A stretch of 64,000 nucleotides of DNA from Octopus sinensis (Eukaryota). Every line of letters begins with the position of its first letter. The first letter of the stretch is position 1. Below are positions 51,908 to 64,000 of this stretch, piece after piece. The stretch lies in assembly GCF_006345805.1 (NCBI RefSeq), contig NC_042998.1, positions 133,238,001 through 133,302,000 of the forward strand, given 5' to 3'. The notes below the pieces were generated by a model. The model was given only the letters and a program-made list of their open reading frames with translations, had not been told where the DNA came from and did no database searches. The position numbers and the translations under genes are program-made.

Positions 51908-52049
51908 TATATAATGTATGTATATCTATATAATGGAGACAGCCAACTCAGTTGAAAAAGGAAGACTCTTTAAATAAAATTTTACAGAAATACGGGAGAA
52001 TTTAGGACATTTCATTCACGTATGCCCCTAGAGCATAGATGAATTTCAC

Positions 52050-52560
52050 AGTACTTCTATTTTGCGTTCTAATGTAGGTAATATAGTCTGAGATGTATAA
52101 ATATACTGGACTTATCACCAGTAGAATTTCTTTAAGCATGAATCTGCTCAGTCAGAGCTGACATAGTCCCCAAGGAATGAACATCATTTGTGATAGTTTC
52201 TGAAAACAGATGGACACGCCCGTGGAGAGTTATGTAGTGTTATTCCCTCATAGACCTTCTTCGGAGTCCAAAGACAAGTATCCATTGTACTTTAACCCCA
52301 TGTTTCCCAGAACAGATTTCCGGCTTCTTCTTGGTTGTACTGGTATTGTGTGGAGACTGTAATATAGCTTTTGAACTGTTCCCTGTACATATGATCCGAA
52401 AACATCCCTTGTTAATCCGCGCGACAGATGATGTGGTATGGATATTTTTTCGAGCTTTTCTTCATATTGCAGCTTGTAGTGGTTTTATTCGCACCAGACA
52501 CCAACCTGGTTTTCTGTTGGACCTGTGGTTGCTTCTGAAAGGACACTGTGGAGGAGATGC
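52050..52560 (-). mobile_element. Degenerate LINE (RTE-like) APE endonuclease relic
   Basis: Minus strand reads SGKHGLKYNGYLSL...NNT and DYIT..R..R..V...A.GA, loosely matching APE motifs. Many stops. Confidence 0.4.
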
Positions 52561-52649
52561 TTGAGGCTTCTACCCAACGACTTTTTCAAGAATGGTGAGC
52601 GGAGAACATGCATAAGTGGATGGATAGACACACACACACATATATGCAA

Positions 52650-52747
52650 CATACATACATACATACATACATACATACATACATACATACATACATACAT
52701 ACATACATACATACATACATACATACATACATACATACATACATACA

Positions 52748-52776
<29 letters not shown>
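52650..52776. repeat. (TACA)n microsatellite
   Basis: Direct reading. Confidence 0.97.
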
Positions 52777-52778
<2 letters not shown>

Positions 52779-53993
52779 GTTTATTTTCCGTTATGCAAGG
52801 CAAAATAAAATAGTTACCCGGTAAGAAATGAAGACCTGGTTATACTGTTAACTCGCAAATTGTAAACATGTTTTGAAAGGAAAAAGAAAAAGCACTGCTT
52901 CGGAACCAGGGAAATATAATGTTCTTGCTGAGAACACCGTTCACATGTTTTAAACATGCATATTTCTGTCATTGAATTCTGAAATACTTCGTGTTTTATT
53001 GGCGACGGTTCTTAACTCAATAACTTGTTGTCATGATCTTGTAGAGAGTAAATTTCTTCAAAGGTAAAAAGTGTTTTTAACATCGAACTTCGAGAAAACA
53101 AAACCACATAATGTTATTTTCAGTAACAATTTAGTATTATCGTCCAACCAATGTTCCAGCTGTAGTCACTTGACCATAACTGGTATATTACATTCAGCAT
53201 TAAATTTTTAAATCATTTTAGAGAGGAAAGTGTGTAAAGCGTCTGAGGGACTTATGGCTGTTGCGTTTGATAAGAGGACGTGGGACACGGTAGATGTTTA
53301 TACGAAACATCAACACCGTAATAGTTACTTAAAGTTCTTGGCCATATGCATTGAGTAGGGCTGATGACAGGATATAAAACAGCTAGGAAAGTGGTTTACT
53401 TCTGTGCCCGGCAACCCAGCTATCCACATTGAATATATGATGAATATAAATTAGTTTTAAAAGGAACTTTCAAACTTATAAGATATGCAACTTAAATGCA
53501 GTCAGAATGTTCTTAACGTAATGTAGATGTATGTGCAGTTGAAACTAGTAGTGTCCATCCCTCTTTCATTAAGGGCAATGGCGAAAGTAATTGAAAAGTG
53601 TCTTTCTTAGACACGAGCTATAAATTATCCGGTCATAGCACTAAAGGCACTTTTGAGATTAAAGAATATGGTACGTGATATATCTTTTGCTAGACAACAT
53701 ATTAATTGAATAAGCTGCACGAAGATGTATAAACACTGCATAGATACATACAAGCAGTAAGAGCTACGCATACACTGAGCGTAATTCTATGTGCGGAAAA
53801 AGATAGACAGACAAGCAGACAGAGAGACAAAGACAGATAGGGAATCAAAGGGTGTAAGAGAAAAAGCACGTGTACATACAAGTAAGTATTTTAATGTTTC
53901 GGTCTATATTTTTGCATGTATTTATAATGCTTATTTAAACTAATATATTTCTATAAATATACACGTGCATACAATCATGCACACACACACGCA

Positions 53994-54073
<80 letters not shown>

Positions 54074-54108
54074 GTATATATATATATTATATATATATAT
54101 ATATACAT

Positions 54109-54139
<31 letters not shown>

Positions 54140-54214
54140 TACATACACACACACACACACACACTCACACACACACATATATATATATATACATATATAT
54201 TGTATATAAATATT

Positions 54215-54570
54215 CTCTTATTCTTTTTTATTCTTTTGTTTCTGTTATTTTACTGCAGCCATGCTGGAGCACCGCTTTTAGTCGAACAAAATTGACCCCA
54301 GAAAATATTCTTTGTAAGCCTAGTACTTATTGTAACGGTCTCTTTTTACCGAACAGCTAGAATACAGGTACGTAAACACACCAACATCAGCTATCAAGCA
54401 CTGGTGGGACTTCTTTCAGTTTCCGTCTAACAAATTCACTCACAAGGTTTTGGTCAGCCCATGGTTGTAGCAGAAGACACTTGCCCTAGATTCCACGCAG
54501 TAGGCCTGAACCCGGATCCAGGAGGTTGGGAAGCAAGCTTCTTACCACATAACCACGCCTGCGCCTACTT
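54215..54570 (-). mobile_element. SINE family B lacking its internal microsatellite segment
   Basis: Head and body present, with the TA/TG tract and flanks deleted at ~54410. Confidence 0.85.
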
Positions 54571-55118
54571 GTAAATATATTTTTGATTTTTCCAGTTTCA
54601 GCTCATGAGCTGTGGCCATGCTGGGATATATATATATATATATATATATATGTATACATGCATATATATATATGTGTGTGTGTGTGAGTGTGTGTGTGTG
54701 TGTATTTATGTATGTATGTATGTGTGTATGTATATATGTATGTATGTGTGTATATATACATATAAATATATACATATATATATAGGGAGGGAGAGAGAGA
54801 GGCAGATAGATAAGGAGATAGATAGATATACTATTATATATATGGAGGGTCTAGCCTGTTTTCATCGTGTTATGGTGTATGTGTAGATAGATGAACCCAT
54901 GCCTGCGTTAAAACTATTTCTATATAGATATCCATAGGCTATTTTGGAGCTCGTTTCACATAGAACGTTTTTTCTTTTTATATTATACGCATATATCTAT
55001 GTATATGCGTGTGTGTTTACGTGTTTGTGCATGTGTGTGTATCTATATGTCTGTTTGTCTGTGTATGTACCATATGTCATGTATAATTTCGAATTGTCCT
55101 ACAGAAGTTTAATAAGTA

Positions 55119-55923
55119 ATATTTTGTCATCGAGATATAAGATGGGGTTTATGACAGATTAATGGCAATATCCCGCTTTTGAAACATCTTACTCTCAGAT
55201 TTAAAATGCCATCAGTTGAATCCACAAAAAAAAAATTAAATCCTGAAATCAAAATACAATTACACGCGCTCAATTCTTTTTCTGGTACTATTTTATCCAC
55301 CTCTGAATTTGAACTAGATGAGATTAGAACTCAGAAAGCAAAAGGATATAAATTATTTCCCACAAAACTTGTTTCCGACGCTTTACAGAATCCGTCGAAG
55401 TTAGCGCACGCGTACACACATTTATACATGCATGCATGCACATGCATATACTTTGTGTGTGTCTATGTATGCATGAGTGTGTGTGTGTGTGTTTTGTGTT
55501 GTGTATGGTATGTCTGTGTGTTATTGTTGAGAAATTTGAAAGTCGTACGATGCAATTTAAATAAAACAGAGTTTTGTTGATTGTTTTTGATTATATTACG
55601 AGCTAAAATATCTATTTCAAATGATGCATTAGAAGAAAGACAAGGAAAACAATTTATCAACTGCCAACTATGGAGACAGACATGAAAATTATCGACTACA
55701 AATAATATTCGGAAATTACCGCCGAGCTGTCGCTGCAGCGTTTTATCAGTGACACCCGCGAATATAAATTATAAAAAAATATTCTTCTATATTTTGTCCT
55801 CGAGATATAAGATGGCGTTTACGACAGATTAATGACAATATCCCGTTTTTGAAACATCTTACTCTCAGATTTCAAATGCCATCAGTTGAATCAAAAAAAT
55901 ATTTTTATCCTAAAATCAAAATA
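55119..55923. repeat. Local ~135-bp direct duplication
   Basis: 55119-55256 and 55789-55923 are highly similar (ATATTTTGTC..CGAGATATAAGATGG...AAATCAAAATA). Confidence 0.9.
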
Positions 55924-56189
55924 TAATGTAAAGAAGACAATAGTAATGTTTTATCACAATTGCACTCCATTGCTTTCCTACTTCTGTGACAACTCATATA
56001 CAAATTGCTTCTATAGCGTATTTGCATACATTCACTCATAGAAACATAATATGGTGGAATCTTTCTGTCAAGGTCTCAGTGAAAAGCAAGCATGAGATAT
56101 TGTAGTCTGGATGGGGAAAGTAATTGTGCGCAATAGTGAAAAGGATGTTGCTCAGTAGCTGTTAGCACAATGTTAAAGATCTAGTGAAC

Positions 56190-56600
56190 ATAGGTGTAGG
56201 AGTGGTTGTGTGGTAAGTAGCTTGCTTATGAACCACATGGTTCCGAGTTCAGTCCCACTGCGTGGCACCTTGGGCAAGTGGCTTCTACTATAGCCTCAGG
56301 CCGACCAAAGCTTTGTGAGTGGATTTGGTAAACAGAAACTGAACGAAGCCCATCATATATATGTATATATGTATGTGTGTGTATACGTTTGTGTGTCTGT
56401 GTTTGTCCCCCCAACACCGCTTGACAACCGATGCTGGTCTGTTTACGTCCCCGTAACTTAGCGGTTCGGCAAAAGAGACCGATAGAATAAGTACTAGGCT
56501 TACAGAGAATAAGTCCTAGGGTCGATTTCCTCAACTAAAGGCGGTGCTCCAGCATGTCCACAATCACATGACAGAAACAAATAAAAGAAAGTAAAAGAGA
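56190..56600 (+). mobile_element. SINE family B, full length (tRNA-like head, CORE-like CACCTTGGGCAAGT, internal microsatellite)
   Basis: A/B-box-like head (GTGTGGTAAG, GAGTTCAGTCCC), CORE-like block and AAAAGA tail. Confidence 0.92.
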
Positions 56601-57499
56601 GCATTAATACAGAGCTGCAGTAACTCCACTTGGACCATGCATCCTTATTTTGTAGCTATAATTATTGGACAATTAGGATACTTATTTGCTCCAGTGTGAA
56701 TCTTGAGAAATTGAGCTTCCCCAAAAAATAAGCAAAAAAAAAAGAAAGATAATTAAAAATGAAGAAATTAAAGTCTTAAACTATTGTAAAAAATATATAA
56801 ACCGTTCCAGACGTTCATTATGTAGTAAAATCATATACAAAACGTGAAGATATACAAACATATTCGATATGTATAGACATGCATATATCTAAAACATACA
56901 GATCCGTACATGCAACGATATACATGTTTACACACAAGCATAATTTTGCTTATAATCACGTAAAGACATGATTCAATGCATATATGTGTACATGCTTATA
57001 TACAAACATAAATTAATTAATTGATTAGTTAATTAATTACTGACTACTTTGTTATGCTTACTAAATTGCAATGAAGTGTATTGCTTCTGATTTAGAAACC
57101 GATTCCTTTTCTATTCGTGAGAAAATCGAAAAATTAATACATACATACATATATTATTATGGCTGCTCCCTCGTTATCGAGTGTAGCCATTGCACGAAGC
57201 TTAATTGTTACTGGTGCTGTGATTGAATGTGACTTTTTAGCTCAGCTAAAGATCTACAATGTCTTGTACAGAATTGGCAATGGTAATAGCCGGCTGTAGT
57301 TGTAACTGGGCTTCATGTACCTTTGCACATCGTTTAAGTCCTCCTGCCGAATTACACTCTCTTCTACATGCATACATACAAACATAAACACACACAAAGA
57401 CTCACACGCGCGTGCGCACGCGCGCAACCTCACATACATAAGAAAACAGTATGAAACTATTCTTCATGTGACAATTTGAAAGAATATAGGGTATTTTGT

Positions 57500-57522
57500 T
57501 ATTATTATTATTATTATTATTA

Positions 57523-57573
<51 letters not shown>

Positions 57574-57595
57574 CATCATTATTATTATTATTAGT
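57500..57595. repeat. (ATT)n microsatellite
   Basis: Direct reading. Confidence 0.95.
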
Positions 57596-59579
57596 TGTCT
57601 CATTTTTATTTAATCTCTCTGAAAGATGATACGGAAATAGAATATTATTTTCTGATATGGAGGTCACCTGTCGTAGTTAGAATTTTTGTACTTCACCTTT
57701 GCAGAACATTTCGACAGAAAGCTACAACGACAACTTGGCTTTAATTTCCGAATTTCTATAAATTCAAACGTTTCACATCTACGTCGGTAGATGATGCTCG
57801 AACGTTTATCTCTTGTCTTAATATATAATTTTAAGTGAATGTATTATAACATCTATACCGAAAACAAACAAAACAAAAATCTCTGATTAAATTTGCATGA
57901 TATGACTGTTGGACTTCATAAACAGTAGATGGCTTATATGATTTAAAAATACACCTATTCTTGTTTATTTTTGATTCATTCATCTCTGATCCAGTACAAC
58001 AGTGTACGCTTAAATGTGAACCACGTTACGCTTATCACGAATTGACTTCTGATAATACGGGACGGTAATCAATCAAAGACTATGCTTATAATGATACTTT
58101 TCAGCTATTTTTTTTTTAACAGTTGGGAGGTATTAGGCTAAGTTTCCTCCGGTCATGGTGTTTTTCGTTTTCTGAAAATGTGCTGCGTCGATATCTAACG
58201 TTCTCAGTAGTGTTAACCATGTCAGCACATGTGATGCGACCAACCTTAGAGAAAAAAATGTCATGTACCAACAGTGCTCTTACACAGTCTCGCCATTTAA
58301 CAGTTGCGCTGCCTAACAGTGACATCGATCTATTTGCACAGCTGGGTTTACTGCCAATGTTATCGATCTCTAGCCTCTAAAATTCATTAATCCTGATGAA
58401 GTGCTTATGACTCCAATATTTCGGATTGTGTTTCATCAATTCGTATTCAGTTGCATACTTTAAATTACAGACGCATATATACATAGTGCACACAGGTGCA
58501 CACAAATATGCATAGAAACACTCGCATGCACGCACACGCACGTACACCCACATATATCCTTGCTTATAAATACAACGCTTATAGTTACAGAGTAAAGTAC
58601 TCAACACTTCAGTAATTAGAGTGTGTTTTTTCTTTATTGAGTGAGTAGTTTACACAATTTATACTGTTTCGAATATTAAGTGAATTTGATCACAAGTATG
58701 ATAATCGATTTGGACGTAGACTCTAGTTTCTTGAATGAGAATATACGTAGCAGTATGAATTTCTCAATAGGTGTATATAATAAAAAAAGGTAGTGTGTAT
58801 GTAGCTGCTAATCAATCTCCACCAATATGTTGTGATCCAGTTGTGTATGGCCAGTATGCTATGACTGCCATACTAACTACCATGTGACTACCATCCTATG
58901 ACTACTTTACTGACTACAGAATATTTGATAAAATATCACTTCAGCCATTGGTTATCAAATATTTGGAATTCACTGATCGGGACAATCAGCTTAACACACC
59001 CTTATGTATACATGCATAAGCACACAAATACGAGCGCTAGCACTCATGGCAGTATGCATGCAAAAATGTCTGTATGTATGCATACATGCATGTATGTATG
59101 TATGTATGTATGCATGCATGCATTTATGTATGTATGTATGTATGTATGTATTATGTATGACTTTTCTTTGTGTTTAATTTAAGTAACTGAGAGAGTTCAA
59201 GCCGGGTGCTAACAAACTTGCAAGAATTTTTGACTTAAGAGAGTTCCCGGTGTTTGTAAATATGTAGTGTGTGGGTTAAACTGTCGATGAATACACCTAA
59301 GTGTGTGCATCTATTCATATAAGAATCTCGGATGGAGGATGCAACTAATGCACCCACAGTGATAGATACTAATGAAGATTCATTGTCAGGGTATAAGAGC
59401 TGTAATTTCTGCATTAATTCATCATAAATGTCCTCTTTTTCCTGGACTTTTCATCGTACATTCACATCTGGTGCGACACCAGCGCAACACCAGTGCAAAA
59501 ACAACACTGACTCCCGCATGCGTAAGCGAGCTACTTACCATACAGCCACATGTAATCTTTTATTCGTTTCAGCCATGCG

Positions 59580-59735
59580 GCCTTGGATGGACAGCACATG
59601 TTATCAGAATGAAAGACGAGCGTTTATCAGAGCATCTTTTTTATGGTGAGCAGAAGTCAGGTAAGCGATCACAACATAAGCCGAGGAAAGGGTATAAAAA
59701 CTGTGTGAAGGAAAACCTGAATAAATTAGATATTT
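59580..59735 (+). mobile_element. RTE-clade LINE C-terminal fragment
   Basis: LGWTAHVIRMKDERLSEHLFYGEQKSGKRSQHKPRKGYKNCVKENL. Confidence 0.75.
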
Positions 59736-59741
59736 GTATGC

Positions 59742-59791
<50 letters not shown>

Positions 59792-59814
59792 GTATGTAAT
59801 TGTATATATGTATA

Positions 59815-61146
<1,332 letters not shown>

Positions 61147-61246
61147 NNNNNNNNNNNNNNNNNNNNNNNNNNNNNNNNNNNNNNNNNNNNNNNNNNNNNN
61201 NNNNNNNNNNNNNNNNNNNNNNNNNNNNNNNNNNNNNNNNNNNNNN
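61147..61246. other. Assembly gap (100 N)
   Basis: Run of Ns. Confidence 1.
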
Positions 61247-61384
61247 TTGGAACACGCTGTTTGTGTAAGAGCTCATTGCTCCGTACTTTGTCCCGTTTTC
61301 CATACTTTGTATATATTCACCTCTAGACAGAACCATAGCATGTCGCAGGATAAACCGACTGCTGTTCTTCTCTGTTACTGACAG
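61247..61384 (-). CDS. Candidate coding exon running into the gap (LSVTEKNSSRFILRHAMVLSRGEYIQSMENGTKYGAMSSYTNSVFQ)
   Basis: Acceptor CCCTTTATTCTCAG and 46 open codons in non-repetitive sequence. Donor not visible. Confidence 0.4.
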
Positions 61385-61621
61385 CTGAGAATAAAGGGAC
61401 AGCTTGCAGTGACATATTGATCATGAATACGAGCCACTGCCCCACCTGGTAACGAAATCACAATTTGAAGAGTGTCTATTCAACGCCCTAAATACTAAAT
61501 CACACACCTTATGTATGTATGTATGTATGTATGTATGTATGTATGTATGTATGTATGTATGTATGTATGTATGTATGTGTGCATATATATGTGTGCGTTT
61601 GTGTGTGTCCCCGTCCCCGCA

Positions 61622-61693
61622 GGCAGTTTATCTTTAATGGTAGAGTATTCAGCCGGTGACTGAGCGGTACAGCTTGGAGTCCCGTAGCTGTCT
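61622..61693 (+). pseudogene. Degenerate tRNA-like cloverleaf (tRNA pseudogene or SINE head)
   Basis: Acceptor GGCAGTT/AGCTGTC and anticodon stem TTCAG/CTGAG with a 7-nt loop CCGGTGA. D-loop TAATGGTAGAG and T-loop TTGGAGT. Several invariant positions are mutated. Confidence 0.45.
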
Positions 61694-62307
61694 GCCGACT
61701 ATCTATTTCGTCGTATACAAACACAGACACACACACACGCATGCATGTGACTATAGAAAATTATAGTAGCCCATGATAACATATATAAATTGCTTTCCAT
61801 ATACAAAAGTTATATATTCAACACCATCGATAATTTCAAATTTATGCGTAATATCTGAAAAGCTTACTGTACTATGTTGCTCTTAATGATAAGGTCTCAT
61901 ATAGGAATAAAGATGTATTCATGAACCCAATCAGCGGTTGAGTGAAAACTTTTAGTGAAACAAAATTTTTATAAAAATCTAAAGAAATTTTCGAAATCAA
62001 CATTCATTTATAATTCAACGTGGTGTAAGAGTTTCTAAAAATTGATTGAACAGTTTTATTGCACAACCAATAGTCATTTAAGTGAGATAAAATGTGAACT
62101 AATTATTCGATGACAGATCGTTATTGGTATTAAAGTTTTAATTAGGTTGCTTTGCATAAAATGCAATATCACATACACACATATATACACCATGTGATGA
62201 TCTGGGTGATAATCATAATGATCACGGATACGAATTTGAGTGCAGAGGTGTATCCGATTATAGTGAGTCCAGTAATTTATATAATGATTTCCAATATTGT
62301 CACGGAT

Positions 62308-62520
62308 CAAGGCGTCTTCCTGGCAGAATTGACAGCATGCCGAACAAAATGCTGCCAAGCATTTTGTCCGTCTTTACGTTCTAAGTTCAAATTCTGCCGA
62401 GGTCGAATTTGTCTTTCATCCTCTCCAGAACGATACAATAAGTACCAGATGAACACTGGAGTTGATATCATCGGCTTAACCGCTACTTGGTGTGAGCCGG
62501 GTGCCAAGATTTGAAAACAA
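62308..62520 (+). mobile_element. SINE family A, degenerate
   Basis: AAGGCG..CCTGGCAGAATTG head, AAGTTCAAATTCTGCCGAGGTCGA body. Confidence 0.75.
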
Positions 62521-62976
62521 TATTGACATAGGTTCTCCAATATAAGCGAAATGGTGTAATTAACTTTAGTACTTCACTGGGGTTCATTTTAAGTTGGAAT
62601 TTCAAGCCAAAAGCTCTTGTGGCTATATATTTATTTGAACGTAGAACGTAAGGTTCGAAACTGCATTAATCAAAGTTTGGTAAACTACGAATCTGTCATC
62701 CATTGCTCTTCTATGTACACAGGAATGTTTTCTGATAATGTAGCAAACATTAGAAACTTCAATAATAATGCTGCGTACACAGATACTTATGTACGCACCC
62801 TTACATATATCATTTCACTTGTTTCAATCATTTGATTGTTGGAGCATTGCCTCAGGGACTTTTACTCAATCATAGCAACTCGAATACACGGACACAGACA
62901 AAAGCACACAAATACACGTATACATACATATACATATACATACGTACGTACATACATACATACATACATACATACA

Positions 62977-63009
<33 letters not shown>

Positions 63010-63016
63010 GATAGAT

Positions 63017-63096
<80 letters not shown>

Positions 63097-63097
<1 letters not shown>

Positions 63098-63250
63098 CGT
63101 TAGTCACTACACACATTTTTTCTCTCCTTGATTTTTCTGTGTACCTTTCTGTAGAAGAGCGTAGGCTCGAAACGTAAAAACTTTTTTCTACTCCTGAGCG
63201 CTATACTAATACATCTGTTTGTTTTGTACATCACCTGTCTTCATCTTTTT
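63097..63250 (+). mobile_element. Family H1 repeat copy (hammerhead-like motif at 63145-63180)
   Basis: CTTT CTGTAGA A GAGC GTAG GCTC GAAAC GT A AAAA. Reverse-complement homolog of 2784-3000. Confidence 0.7.
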
Positions 63251-63266
63251 TTTTTTGCGTAAACTT

Positions 63267-63297
<31 letters not shown>

Positions 63298-63356
63298 ATT
63301 ATATATATATATATAATATATTATATATATATATATAATATATATATATTATATGT

Positions 63357-63401
<45 letters not shown>

Positions 63402-63661
63402 CTGAGTCTTTGAGTGTATATATATTTATCTAAGTGTATTCAAAATTTGCTTTTTCGATTTATTTATTTCATATAGACATTGATCATAGCTCCAAATAGT
63501 TCGCAATTAGTGTTTAGCGCACTCTCAGTGAATAAATGCCTCGATTAGATAAGTTGTACTTTCTTGGGTTCATAGCTTCATGTGTCTAGTTACTACACAT
63601 ACATAGATGCACGCACATAATACGAATGTATATGTTTGTACGTATGCATGTATGTATGTAC

Positions 63662-63699
<38 letters not shown>

Positions 63700-63708
63700 G
63701 TATATATG

Positions 63709-63753
<45 letters not shown>

Positions 63754-64000
63754 AGTCATTAAAAGACAGCGATACTGTGTCAAAGACTCAAATTGCATAC
63801 CTGTTAGGCGAACTTACTGACATCAATCCATTACGTTCGCTAGCTAATATGACCGACATATTCAAACAGCTACAACGTAAGCAGAACCCCATCTATTCCA
63901 TATAGAATAAAATTTAATTATGTGCATTTTTCAAAACCAGAAACCTAAAGAAAAACAAACAAGGCAAAAGTAAAAGAAAAAAAAAGATCTCCTGGTTACA

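Noticed and set aside
53329-57755. Small minus-strand exon candidates (53382-53329, 57110-57062, ~57755-57697)
   Set aside because: Too short, open in more than one frame or ambiguous in donor choice, and indistinguishable from chance AG/GT pairs in AT-rich DNA.

Overview
AT-rich, microsatellite-saturated animal genomic DNA. The SINE repertoire and (CA)n/(TA)n/(TATC)n density look like an octopus (coleoid cephalopod) genome, which is an inference. There is one 100-N gap at 61147-61246. Most of the window is interspersed repeats: two tRNA-derived SINE families, Tc1, mariner, DD37D (maT) and Chapaev3-like DNA transposon relics, CR1, RTE and Tx1-like LINE fragments, and two Penelope-like (RT/GIY-YIG) elements. 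No complete host gene was recognised. A few phase-compatible minus-strand candidate exons (47345-47238, 45535-45360, possibly 45176-45117 and 61384-61247) suggest an unidentified spliced gene. The most notable unexplained structure is about ten minimal type-I hammerhead-ribozyme-like motifs (CUGANGA...GAAA...NUH with palindromic micro-stem III) from several repeat families. Several of them lie in or beside long fold-back inverted repeats. A SINE also recurs as exact 184-bp head-to-tail multimers. Almost all short ORFs in the supplied track are microsatellite artefacts.
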